Virus record (IMG/VR): IMGVR_UViG_2706794523_000001
Location: 1 to 64,000 of that record
Source: an uncultured virus (IMG/VR IMGVR_UViG_2706794523_000001)
Taxonomy: Duplodnaviria > Heunggongvirae > Uroviricota > Caudoviricetes > Schitoviridae
Strand: one strand, 5' to 3'
Length of the DNA: 64,000 nt
The notes beneath the pieces were generated by a model. The model saw only the letters and a list, made by a program, of their open reading frames with translations, ran no database searches and had not been told where the DNA came from. Below, piece after piece: positions 1 through 8,984 of this stretch. The position numbers and the translations under genes are program-made. Every line of letters starts with the position of its first letter. Within the stretch, counting starts at the first letter, position 1.

Positions 1-531
1 ATGACTGCCATCATTATCAACAGGACAGCGCTCAAGGCGCTCATCGACGCCGATCCCGACTTCGAGCTGCAGCTAAAGGGCGCAGTGATCGCCGAAATTG
101 GTCGGCGCTTCTTCGAGAAAGACGCTAAGCGCGTCATCGCAGCGGCCGAGCCCGAGCTATTTGCGCATGCGCTGAACAGCCTTCAACAGGATCACGAAAT
201 CCTCGTGCTGATCCAGAAAGCGCTGACGGCATCGATCGTGCATCGCGACCAGGGTTACTGGAACCGCGTTAAGCTGACCCCCGAAATCCAGAAGCTCATC
301 AACGAGGCGGTCGAGAACACGAAACGGCGCGCGATACAGGATGCCAGCATGCAGGTTGGCAATGCCTACTCAGCAGAGATCCAGAAAGCCGTCGACGCCC
401 GGCTCTCGAAAGCCAACGTCGAGGAGCTGATCGCAAAACGGGTCGATCGCCTTGCCGACGAATACATCAACGCCCGCGCCAACGAACTGTTCAACGCGCG
501 TGTCGCAAAGCTCAAGGAGGCAATGTCGTGA
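1..531 (+). CDS. hypothetical helical/coiled-coil phage protein
   Basis: 176-aa ORF with phage-like codon usage; stop overlaps the next start. Confidence 0.75.
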   Translation: MTAIIINRTALKALIDADPDFELQLKGAVIAEIGRRFFEKDAKRVIAAAEPELFAHALNSLQQDHEILVLIQKALTASIVHRDQGYWNRVKLTPEIQKLINEAVENTKRRAIQDASMQVGNAYSAEIQKAVDARLSKANVEELIAKRVDRLADEYINARANELFNARVAKLKEAMS

Positions 532-803
532 GCATGTTTTCCCGAGTCGAGGGTGGCCAGGTCCTCCTCACCCAGCGTGGCGTCTATACCGAAGCCGAAC
601 TCTACAAGCGCGGCGAGGATCTCTTCGTCAAACTCAAGAGCGGCTTCGCCCGCCTGCTGACCACCAACAACACGACGGCGGCAAACGTCCGCTGGAAGGA
701 GATCGAGGGCGTCGACTTTTCGACCACCTCCGATGGACCCAGGTTGACGGTCACCGCACCGCCGGCTGCCCAGGTCCAGCGCCGCAAGCTGAGGGCGATC
801 TGA
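528..803 (+). CDS. hypothetical protein
   Basis: 91-aa ORF coupled to both neighbours (GTGA and TGATG overlaps); true start may be ATG 534. Confidence 0.75.
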   Translation: MSMFSRVEGGQVLLTQRGVYTEAELYKRGEDLFVKLKSGFARLLTTNNTTAANVRWKEIEGVDFSTTSDGPRLTVTAPPAAQVQRRKLRAI

Positions 804-1027
804 TGGCCAGCGAACTCGCCGACGTCCAGCTGCTGCTGCGCCACACGCCCAAGCCTGGATCCAAGTCCATCGCTTTCGCCAGGGACAGCGACGATCTCAA
901 GAACGAACCGATCTTCCTTCCGAGGAAGGAGATCGAAATCCACGACACCGGCCGCAAGGAAGCCGGCCTTCCGATCATCACCGTGACCATGCCTGAGTGG
1001 CTGGCCGTAGACAGGGAACTCGTTTGA
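803..1027 (+). CDS. hypothetical protein (74 aa, MASELADVQ...)
   Basis: 3' part of ORF 452..1027; TGATG overlaps at both ends. Confidence 0.75.
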   Translation: MASELADVQLLLRHTPKPGSKSIAFARDSDDLKNEPIFLPRKEIEIHDTGRKEAGLPIITVTMPEWLAVDRELV

Positions 1028-2145
1028 TGTCTGGCTTGAGCGCCTACACCTGCACACCGCGGCAGATCCGCCGCTACATTATTCGCTGCATGAAGGCCCG
1101 TCGGGTGCCCTTCATCAAGTCCTCGCCGGCCATGGGCAAGAGCGCCCTGGTCGCTTCAATTGCGGCCGAATACGGCTTGATGCTGATCGACCATCGTCTG
1201 TCGACATCGACCCCCGAAGATCTGTCCGGACTGCCGAAGTTCATCACGACCGTCAACGGCGTCGAGAAGGCCAGCTTTGTGCCTTTCGACTTCTTCCCAG
1301 TCGAGGGCGACGAACTGCCGCTGCTGCCGGGTGAAACCGAACGCAAGTTCAACGCTGCTGGCCAATGCACCAACTGCTACCAGGGCTGGTTGGTGTTCCT
1401 GGATGAGTTCAACTCGACCGCCAAGGCAGTCCAGGCAGCAGCCTACAAGCTGGTTCTCGACAAGATGACTGGCCAGGCAAAGCTCCACCAGAACGTCGTC
1501 ATCGTTGCCGCCGGCAACCTGGCTACTGACCGGGCCATCGTAAATCCGATCGGGACTGCCATGCAGAGCCGGCTGATCCACCTGAAGATGGTCCTTGACC
1601 ACACGGAATTCATGGAAGACGTGGCCTTCAAGTACGGCTGGGATAGCCGGATCATCGCCTTCCTGAACTACAAGAAAACGGCCCTGCACGATTTCCGCCC
1701 GGACCATAACGACGAGACCTTCTGCTCGCCGCGCACCTGGGAGTTCATGAACGACCTCATCCGAGGCGAAGAGGTGAAGGAAGAAGATGCCGCGCTCTAT
1801 GCCGGCACCATCACCTCCGGCACGGCGGTCGAGTTCATCACCTTCACCAAGGTGTTCAACGACCTGCCGACGATCAAGGAGATCACCGAGGATCCGCTGG
1901 CTGCCAAGCTGCCGGCCGACTCGGCGACCAAGTACGCCACCATCACCCACCTGATGGAGCATGCCAACGACGACAACTTCACCCCGATCACCGAATACGT
2001 GACCCGGCTCGGCGGCGATTACCGCGTGCTCTTCTTCCGTGGCCTCATGGTTCAGAAGCCCGATCTGAAGAAGCACCTGGCGTTCCGCCGCGCCCTGGTC
2101 GAGCTCTCAAGGTATCTGCACGATGATCTCGCAGCAGCTGCCTAG
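1027..2145 (+). CDS. MoxR-like AAA+ ATPase (N4 gp24-like)
   Basis: Walker A SSPAMGKS, Walker B LVFLDEFN, AAGN and SPRTW motifs; upstream of a vWA protein. Confidence 0.9.
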   Translation: MSGLSAYTCTPRQIRRYIIRCMKARRVPFIKSSPAMGKSALVASIAAEYGLMLIDHRLSTSTPEDLSGLPKFITTVNGVEKASFVPFDFFPVEGDELPLLPGETERKFNAAGQCTNCYQGWLVFLDEFNSTAKAVQAAAYKLVLDKMTGQAKLHQNVVIVAAGNLATDRAIVNPIGTAMQSRLIHLKMVLDHTEFMEDVAFKYGWDSRIIAFLNYKKTALHDFRPDHNDETFCSPRTWEFMNDLIRGEEVKEEDAALYAGTITSGTAVEFITFTKVFNDLPTIKEITEDPLAAKLPADSATKYATITHLMEHANDDNFTPITEYVTRLGGDYRVLFFRGLMVQKPDLKKHLAFRRALVELSRYLHDDLAAAA

Positions 2146-2278
2146 CGGGAAAGTCGGGCAATACGACCCGAGGCTCGGCCGAGTGCGTACCCACACCGAC
2201 GACTTCTACGATCACCGGAAGCTTGTGCTGGAGAAAATCCAGCACTCGCTCCTGGTCGAGAAAAGGCGAAAGAAATGA
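2123..2278 (+). CDS. small hypothetical protein (51 aa, MISQQLPSGK...KRRKK)
   Basis: Read by hand; fills the gap and its stop overlaps the next ATG (ATGA). Confidence 0.55.
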   Translation: MISQQLPSGKVGQYDPRLGRVRTHTDDFYDHRKLVLEKIQHSLLVEKRRKK

Positions 2279-2544
2279 CCACTCAAGAGAAAATCTGGCG
2301 CACTGCCGACGGAAAAGCCATCCCACTGGAGGAATGTACAAAAGACCAGCTGCTGGCGCGGTTTCGTCATGTCGTGGGTACGCATAGCGACAAGCTGCAC
2401 GAGATGAATGCTGCTCGGGACGCTTTGCTCAAACGCTGCAACGATCATCGTAAGGCCAAGGCTCTTGCCAATGCCCGCGCCGACCGTGCCGAGACCGCTA
2501 TGCGGACCTTGCTCGACATCTTCACGCAGGGGAAAGTGCCATGA
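2275..2544 (+). CDS. hypothetical protein
   Basis: 89-aa ORF with ATGA coupling on both sides. Confidence 0.7.
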   Translation: MTTQEKIWRTADGKAIPLEECTKDQLLARFRHVVGTHSDKLHEMNAARDALLKRCNDHRKAKALANARADRAETAMRTLLDIFTQGKVP

Positions 2545-3749
2545 CCGACCTCGACTACGGGATGCTCGATCGCGAGTTCGATCGAACCAAGACGAAGGTG
2601 TTTCTGGGAAAGAGTGCAGCTTTCCTGGGCTCGATCATGTGCTCCATGAATTTCTCGTGGACAACAGACATCGAGACCGCCTGCACGAACGGCGTGAACC
2701 TGTGGTGGAACCCGTATTTCTATCTGGCTTTGCCGCCGGAGACGCGGGTCACCATCCTGGTTCACGAGCTCAAGCACCCGGCTCACCTGGACATGCTTCG
2801 GCGTGGAACCAGGGAGCCAGAGCTCTGGAACTATGCGGCCGACATCCGGATCAACAATGATCTGATCGATGAAGGCTACAGCTTCAAGGGCTTCAAGCCC
2901 TGGTTCAACTTCGACTATCGCGGCTGGGTCACCGAGGACATCTATGATGACCTCTTCCAGAAGCGCGAGGAGCTGATCGCGCAGATGATCCTGACTGGTC
3001 AGCAGGGTCCGGCGCCGACAGGCATACCGGCCCCCTGGCTCATCAATCCGATCACCAACCGGGCAGATAAGGGCGACCTGGTCGAGCCAGAAGAGACCGA
3101 CATCAAGGGCGCCCTGGCGCACGAGATCCTCAACAAGGTCGTTTCGGCCAGTCACCAGGCGACGTTGGCCGGCGAGAAATTGCCGGGTGACATCGAGGTC
3201 ACGCTGAAGCGGTTCCTGCAGCCCAAGCTGCCGTGGGAAACCATCCTGTTCAACTTCTTCAACGAGTTGGCCAAGTGCGACTACACCTGGGCGCGTCCGA
3301 ACCGGCGCTACCAGGACGTCTACCTGCCGTCCCTCCAGGAGGAGAATGGCGGGCTCGATCACATCGCCTACTTCCTGGACGTCTCCGGCTCGATCTCCGA
3401 TGGTGACATCATCCGTTTCCACTCGGAATTCAAATACGTCAAGGAGCACTTCGAGCCCGAGAAAATGACGATGCTGCAGTTCGATACGATCATCCAGAAG
3501 AGCGAAGAGTTCATGAAGGAGGATCCGTTCGAGGAGACGCACGTCATCGGCCGCGGCGGCACGGATCTATCCCCCGTCCGGGCCTGGATTCTCGAGCACA
3601 AGCCGACAGCTGTCGTCGTGTTTTCGGATCTCCAGTGCGACGTGATGGAAGAGCTGCCGATCAGCCAGAAGGTGCCGATCATCTGGATCGCCCTGAACAA
3701 CCACAAAGCCAAGGTGAACGAAGGTCAACTCGTCCACCTGAGAGAGTAG
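2541..3749 (+). CDS. HExxH metallopeptidase plus vWA domain protein (N4 gp25-like)
   Basis: TACTNG, HELKH and WNYAADIRIN; MIDAS-type LDVSGSIS, GRGGTD, FSD. Confidence 0.9.
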   Translation: MTDLDYGMLDREFDRTKTKVFLGKSAAFLGSIMCSMNFSWTTDIETACTNGVNLWWNPYFYLALPPETRVTILVHELKHPAHLDMLRRGTREPELWNYAADIRINNDLIDEGYSFKGFKPWFNFDYRGWVTEDIYDDLFQKREELIAQMILTGQQGPAPTGIPAPWLINPITNRADKGDLVEPEETDIKGALAHEILNKVVSASHQATLAGEKLPGDIEVTLKRFLQPKLPWETILFNFFNELAKCDYTWARPNRRYQDVYLPSLQEENGGLDHIAYFLDVSGSISDGDIIRFHSEFKYVKEHFEPEKMTMLQFDTIIQKSEEFMKEDPFEETHVIGRGGTDLSPVRAWILEHKPTAVVVFSDLQCDVMEELPISQKVPIIWIALNNHKAKVNEGQLVHLRE

Positions 3750-3875
3750 CGAAGGTCCGAAGGTGCTCTACGGACGCTCCCAGACGCGGGGAAAGCAGGC
3801 ACTAAGCGTCGAGTCGACAGACGGCGCCGGTTAGAACCTCACCGGCATTTTCCTTAATAATCACGGAGATTTTCC

Positions 3876-4322
3876 ATGGACTGGCGGTCCTACTTCTACG
3901 GCTTTGCCCGTCATGCAGCCCTCAAGTCGAAAGACTCGACCCAGGTGGGCGCTGCTCTCGTCGGCCCCGACAATGAGATCCGTCTCACCGGCTTCAATGG
4001 CCCTCCCCGCGGCGTTGTCGATTCCGACGCTCGCCGGCGGCGGCCGACCAAATACCTCTATGCCTCCCATGCCGAGGCCAACCTGATCGCTTTCGCGGCC
4101 AGGGAGGGCATCCGCACCAAGGACTGCACCGTCTACGTCACGCATTCGCCCTGCGCTGCCTGCGCCCGGACACTCATCCAGGCCGGCATCAAAAGGGTTG
4201 TCGTGGGCAACGGTGCTTTCGGTACGCCCAATGGCTGGAACGAAGAGACCGAAGCGGCATCGCGGATGTTTTCCGAGGCCGGCGTCGAGCTCACGAATTT
4301 CGTCTGCACCGAGTTCGCCTGA
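3876..4322 (+). CDS. dCMP deaminase
   Basis: SKD-STQVGA, TGFNGPPRG, HAEAN and PCAAC zinc motifs; GGAG RBS. Confidence 0.9.
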   Translation: MDWRSYFYGFARHAALKSKDSTQVGAALVGPDNEIRLTGFNGPPRGVVDSDARRRRPTKYLYASHAEANLIAFAAREGIRTKDCTVYVTHSPCAACARTLIQAGIKRVVVGNGAFGTPNGWNEETEAASRMFSEAGVELTNFVCTEFA

Positions 4323-4561
4323 TGCCCCCCAGACCACAGATCCGAACAGCATCTCCGGTTCTGAAGCAAGTCTTCATGGAGATGCACCTTCAGGGGGTCA
4401 CCCAGCACAACATCGCCGAATGGCTGAGCAGCAGCCAGCAGCGCGTCAACGAATGGAGCCAAGGCAAAGTCGAGCCAGGTGTGATGACCGTCGAGGCCAT
4501 CTGTCGAAAGCTCGGCTACCGACTGGCTCTCGAACCGATCGAGGAGAGAAAAAGTGCCTAA
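4322..4561 (+). CDS. XRE/Cro-family HTH protein
   Basis: VTQHNIAEWLSSSQQRVNEWSQGKVEP pattern. Confidence 0.8.
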   Translation: MPPRPQIRTASPVLKQVFMEMHLQGVTQHNIAEWLSSSQQRVNEWSQGKVEPGVMTVEAICRKLGYRLALEPIEERKSA

Positions 4562-4703
4562 TCACCGCCCCAGCTACAAGCCTGGCTTCGCCGAGGACCA
4601 GATCCCGCTTCCCCTGCCATGGCTCAACAAGGTCGCTCCCTGGGCGATCCTCGCTCTCGGGTTCGTCGTCTGGGCGATCGTCCTCTGGAGGAGGTTCCAT
4701 TGA
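4554..4703 (+). CDS. small membrane protein (49 aa)
   Basis: GTG start after GAGGAG; C-terminal TM segment VAPWAILALGFVVWAIVLWRR. Confidence 0.6.
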   Translation: MPNHRPSYKPGFAEDQIPLPLPWLNKVAPWAILALGFVVWAIVLWRRFH

Positions 4704-4820
4704 TTTGAATCAGGTGCCTGACTGACCTCCCCTGGAACCTCCTGGCCGTCCACTTAACGGCAACGCTTGTTGGCTCGATCACGCACCTGGATCGGGGCGT
4801 GGACAGGCCAGGAGATCGGG

Positions 4821-6254
4821 TCAGACCAACAGCGCCTCGATTGCAGGCAGGAATGCCCCAGCCCAGATCTGCTGCCCAGCATCGTTGAAATGCACGATGT
4901 CGGCATAGTAGTTCGCCGAATAGGACGACAGTTCCGGGATAGCCGCCAGATCGACCAGGACCGCACCGGATTTCAGCGAGGCATAGTTGGCTCGCAGCCA
5001 GGTGTTGTAATCGATACGCGCCGTGCCGCTTTCCGTCGAGCGGAAGGGGCAGGTAGCCACAATAAGCGACTGGCTGGCATTAAGACCCGAACAGTACGTC
5101 TGCAGGTCAGCCTGCGCCTGAGCAGCTGTGCGGCTGGCCGTGAAGTCATTGATCGCCGGCCCACCCATGACGACGATGTTCTTCGTGTAGGCGGCATTGT
5201 AGTTGGCTGCAATTCGTGCCGCCACGTTGGTCGCCATTGAATTGAGCAATTGACCGCCAATGCCCATATTGATGGCGTGAGCGGGCTTGCTCAGCGAGTT
5301 GAGAACACGCTTTGGCCAGGTCTGGTTCAGCAGATGGCCAGAACCTTCTGTACGGCTGTCCCCGTCAAAGATGATCAGATTGTTAGCCGAGGTCCGCACG
5401 TTGCATTGCGCGTAAAGAGCGGCTTCGACCAGAAGACACTCGGCATCCGAAAGGGTTCGATTGTAGATGACGCATGCCAGGAGATCGAACTCACCGTCAA
5501 AGCTCGCAGTCGAGCTGTGGTGACCAAAAGCAATGCCCTGCACCGTGCCGGCCGCTGGAGCCGTAGCAACCAGCTGTGTCGAACCATTGATGCCAAACTG
5601 CTTGCCGGTGGGTCCGCCTCTCCAGCGGATCACCTGTGGCTGAATGAGCGGCATTTTGCGGGTCGAGATGAACGGCGTCGTGTTGTTGCCCCGGATGCCG
5701 ACGTTGTTCGACTGGGTGAACAGCGACAGCGTCGTCGCCGTGTCAGGCTGGCAGGTATAATAGTTATCGTTGAACGAGAACGACGGGACGATCAACAGGA
5801 ATTGAGTGAAGGCCGACTTTTCTGTCACTGGCCCGCTCGATACGCCCATGTATTTCGACTGCACACCGACTGCGAGAGGCGAGCTGTCAAAATGGACGGC
5901 CGGCATAACGCCATTGATCAGCAGATTGCTGGCCGCTGGCTGATTGGCTTTTGTCGCCTGGAGAGGATGGTTTCCGCTGCCCGTCTGATCGTAGAGGGCC
6001 TTCCAACGGTGAGACGAAAGAGTGAGCCCCGACACGTCGGCGAACTTGGAACCAAAGGAGATATCCCCCTCGACATCGTCGGAGATCCGCTGAACCTTCC
6101 CCATGGCTCCGCTATAGTCGGAGACCAGCTTCGAGGTTCCGACCACGAACGTTGGCGCACCGACCGATGTGGGTAGGAACACCGGATCAGGAGCAGGTGC
6201 CCCAAACAGATTTAAAATCGGGGAACCCGATAACCTTCCAGGGCGCCCGAGCAT
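4821..6254 (-). CDS. LamG/ConA-like domain plus SGNH(GDSL) hydrolase; probable virion-associated esterase
   Basis: GDSRTEG (block I), NMGIGG, INDF, DIVHFN (DxxH); N-terminal YDQTGSGNH...YNRTLSDAE lectin-like region. Confidence 0.8.
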   Translation of the reverse strand: MLGRPGRLSGSPILNLFGAPAPDPVFLPTSVGAPTFVVGTSKLVSDYSGAMGKVQRISDDVEGDISFGSKFADVSGLTLSSHRWKALYDQTGSGNHPLQATKANQPAASNLLINGVMPAVHFDSSPLAVGVQSKYMGVSSGPVTEKSAFTQFLLIVPSFSFNDNYYTCQPDTATTLSLFTQSNNVGIRGNNTTPFISTRKMPLIQPQVIRWRGGPTGKQFGINGSTQLVATAPAAGTVQGIAFGHHSSTASFDGEFDLLACVIYNRTLSDAECLLVEAALYAQCNVRTSANNLIIFDGDSRTEGSGHLLNQTWPKRVLNSLSKPAHAINMGIGGQLLNSMATNVAARIAANYNAAYTKNIVVMGGPAINDFTASRTAAQAQADLQTYCSGLNASQSLIVATCPFRSTESGTARIDYNTWLRANYASLKSGAVLVDLAAIPELSSYSANYYADIVHFNDAGQQIWAGAFLPAIEALLV

Positions 6255-6559
6255 CAGACCTTGCTCACGTCCGTGATGTACAGATTGCCGACGCCCGTCA
6301 CGGCCATGGCCGAGAGCTTACAGCCGTCCGGAATGTCGATGTATTCGTAGACGCCGGCGGTCACCGGGAAACCGTTAGACGCTGAAACCACAGGAGTGGG
6401 GCCGACCAGAACCAGGCAATTCACATCCGCCTGGATCCTGACCACGCGATCGGCGTCGACCGGATTGACCGCCGTGTCTCCATGGCCACTCGACGCCGCC
6501 GGCGAAGTGGTGAGTGCCAGTTTCTCAGTCGCCCCGAGGCGGTAGGATGTGCTGTCCAT
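6254..6559 (-). CDS. small beta-rich protein coupled to the SGNH gene
   Basis: 101 aa, GGAG RBS, TGATG overlap with the downstream gene. Confidence 0.75.
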   Translation of the reverse strand: MDSTSYRLGATEKLALTTSPAASSGHGDTAVNPVDADRVVRIQADVNCLVLVGPTPVVSASNGFPVTAGVYEYIDIPDGCKLSAMAVTGVGNLYITDVSKV

Positions 6560-6779
6560 AGATTATCTCCATAATTAGGGGATAATCATACATCGCTTCG
6601 CTTGAAAATGCCAACGAGATAATCGCAGAAAATGCGTCACTCAACCGTGCCGTGTGTCAAGAACGTCATGCGCGAACCAATAACAATATAATCTTGTAGT
6701 AACACGGATATGTGATTGAAAAGCTTGCCTTAGTCTGATTAATCCGCCGCTTCGATTATCCCCCCGGAGCTCGCCCGAA

Positions 6780-7010
6780 ATGACAATATCCATTTTGACT
6801 AATATTCCCCCGCCTTCGGATGCCCCAATCATCATTCGCAAGAAGGCATTCAAACAATGCGCCGACTGCCCCTGGTCACCTGATGTCGCCAAGCGACTGC
6901 ACCGGAAGAAGCTTTGCGCCAACCATTTCACCATCCTCAAGGAACTACTGGACAAGGAAGCTATGAATGGACAATCCCTGGAAAGATCGGGAGTGCTTCT
7001 ACCGATATGA
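6780..7010 (+). CDS. hypothetical protein with CxxC...CxxH (possible Zn-binding)
   Basis: CADC and LCANH; GGAG upstream. Confidence 0.5.
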   Translation: MTISILTNIPPPSDAPIIIRKKAFKQCADCPWSPDVAKRLHRKKLCANHFTILKELLDKEAMNGQSLERSGVLLPI

Positions 7011-7347
7011 GGACTATCTCGAAGGCACTGGCTACACAGATGTCTGTGGGGAATATGTCCACACTGGCTCCAGGCTGCGCATACGAGTGCATGCTTTCCC
7101 GGTAATCAAGCACACCCCGAAGGGTGTCTGGCTGCGCGGCTACGGAGGCGAGCCCAGGTTCGTCCTCCATAGCGCCCACAAGCGCTACGCCGACGCCACC
7201 GTCGAGCGCGCCCTGGTCAGTTTCAAGGCCAGGAAGCTGCGCCAGCAGCAGATCTATGAAGCCCGGGCCAACAATGCCGCGGCAGCTATCAAGCTGGCCG
7301 AGCACAACCAGAGGTCACCGAGCTCATTTGGTGGATTCTATCTCTGA
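6967..7347 (+). CDS. hypothetical phage protein
   Basis: 126 aa; FPVIKHTPKGVWL motif of a kind common in phage ORFs. Confidence 0.7.
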   Translation: MDNPWKDRECFYRYEDYLEGTGYTDVCGEYVHTGSRLRIRVHAFPVIKHTPKGVWLRGYGGEPRFVLHSAHKRYADATVERALVSFKARKLRQQQIYEARANNAAAAIKLAEHNQRSPSSFGGFYL

Positions 7348-7626
7348 AAAATCGTTGAATCTCGGGAACAAAAATCCCCGATAATGATTCGCGTCAGCTG
7401 TCAACCATATTGACATGCGCCCACAATAAACTGTGCGTTTTCGAACATAAAGGGATTGCTAACGCCCGGAAAATGGCGTTTATTTCTCGCAGTTCGGGTG
7501 ACCGAGTCAGAGCGAGGTGTCTCTAAGTCCTTGTGGCTTAAGCACTTTGCGGCGTCTAGCGATGTTGACCCACTGCGAGACGGCACATGAAGTTACTTGA
7601 GCTAATCCTTCTGGAGGGATCCAAGG

Positions 7627-7665
7627 TCCTCCGTTCACTAGGCCAGTGGACGGAGGATTTCTTTT
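7627..7665 (+). terminator. rho-independent terminator
   Basis: TCCTCCGTTCACT-aggcc-AGTGGACGGAGGA followed by TTTCTTTT. Confidence 0.75.
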
Positions 7666-7669
7666 CTCG

Positions 7670-7728
7670 GGTGTATAAAAATCACATCATAATCAGGAAC
7701 ACAATTATCCACACCCACATTATCCACA
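7670..7728. promoter_or_regulatory. cluster of DnaA-box motifs
   Basis: Perfect TTATCCACA at 7705-7713 and 7720-7728; 8/9 match GGTGTATAA in the opposite orientation at 7670-7678. Confidence 0.55.
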
Positions 7729-7889
7729 GGCGCGACAAAATGACTGCCATAATAAGAGCAGCGCTCCAGCCGGTGGCCCCCTCCCTGGCGTTCCACAGTA
7801 TCTTGGGTTAATATCTAGATAATCCTCGACTTAATCCATAAAATGGTCGAAGGGTAATTGAAGATAACCAAGGAATTGAGAAACTCAAA

Positions 7890-8204
7890 ATGACAAAGGG
7901 ATATCGTAGAAAAGCCGATGACGCCGAGATCGTGAGGCTCAACAACATCGGGCTCTCGCTCACCAGCATCGGGGAAAAGCTGGGCGTGCATCACACGACC
8001 ATCAAGTATCGACTGGACGCTCTCGGCATTGCGCCGGCAGACACCCGTCGCTCCTTCATGGAGGACATATTCGAGGCGCTGCCACTCCAGCAGCAGCAAT
8101 GGCTGATGGACCAATTGGGGCCGGGACATTCAGTCAAGGAGTTCGTCAGGTCACTTCTGATCAAGGAATTCATGGGTCGAGCGGCGTCGATCCCAGGTTC
8201 GTGA
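7890..8204 (+). CDS. HTH DNA-binding protein
   Basis: LSLTSIGEKLGVHHTTIKYRL helix-turn-helix. Confidence 0.8.
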   Translation: MTKGYRRKADDAEIVRLNNIGLSLTSIGEKLGVHHTTIKYRLDALGIAPADTRRSFMEDIFEALPLQQQQWLMDQLGPGHSVKEFVRSLLIKEFMGRAASIPGS

Positions 8205-8354
8205 TTATCAAGTGATTAACTTTTAGATTTTCGTGATTCTCGCTTGACAAAATAATCAAAATCTTAAAGGTTCGAGCATAGAACCACAGTGCATGATTCT
8301 GCTGGCCAGGGGACAGGGACAGTTGGTCGCAGATAAACCCAATAGGAGTTAACA

Positions 8355-8954
8355 ATGAGCGAACAAGCAACGAGGGAGGCGCCGACTGTCCTCACTCAAC
8401 GTTTGGTCTTCGACGACAATGAGATCCCGGCCTTCCTGAAGAAGGATCGTCCGGGTCCGAAGTCGGTTCAGATCGAGGAGCCTGCGGCGGCCCCTGCAAT
8501 CAGCGAGCCGACCAACGAGAGCATCGTAGTGGTGGATAAGACCCCTGCGGCCCAGGAAGCGCCTGCCGAGTTCGTCAAAGAGGTCCAGAACCCGATCATC
8601 GAGGCGGGAGCCGTGATGACCGGCCATGGCATCGCCGACGGAAATGGCTCGGACAATCCCGACGAACCAACGATCGAGGATCTGCAGCGTCAGCAGCAGG
8701 AGATCGATCAGAAGATCCGGGAGAAGCGCGAAGCCGAGAAGCGTTCGGTGATCGAGCAGATCGTGAGCGTGGTCAACACGTACAAGATCCCGGTCGAGGA
8801 GCTCGTCGAAGCCCTGGGCGGCATCAAGGTCAAGCGCAAGGGCGTCAAAGCCAAGCCGAAGTACAAGGACCCGGCCACCGGCCAGATCTGGTCCGGCCGC
8901 GGCAAGGAGCCTGCCTGGATCAAGGGCAAGGATCGGAAGCCCTTCGAACTCTAA
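8355..8954 (+). CDS. hns: H-NS-family protein with a long acidic N-terminal extension
   Basis: C-terminal KPKYKDPATGQIWSGRGKEPAWI H-NS DNA-binding signature preceded by a coiled coil; AGGAG RBS. Confidence 0.85.
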   Translation: MSEQATREAPTVLTQRLVFDDNEIPAFLKKDRPGPKSVQIEEPAAAPAISEPTNESIVVVDKTPAAQEAPAEFVKEVQNPIIEAGAVMTGHGIADGNGSDNPDEPTIEDLQRQQQEIDQKIREKREAEKRSVIEQIVSVVNTYKIPVEELVEALGGIKVKRKGVKAKPKYKDPATGQIWSGRGKEPAWIKGKDRKPFEL

Positions 8955-8984
8955 TAACTGCCCCGCCTACCTGGCGTATAGAGA

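Noticed and set aside
2146..2274. Structured RNA between the ATPase and the next gene
   Set aside because: Covered by a plausible coupled 51-aa ORF (2123..2278)
6561..6587. Fur-box interpretation of the GATAAT motifs
   Set aside because: The hexamers do not form the 19-bp Fur arrangement and are not tied to iron genes
7410..7440. Sigma70 promoter from TTGACA at 7410
   Set aside because: No -10 element at 16-18 bp spacing
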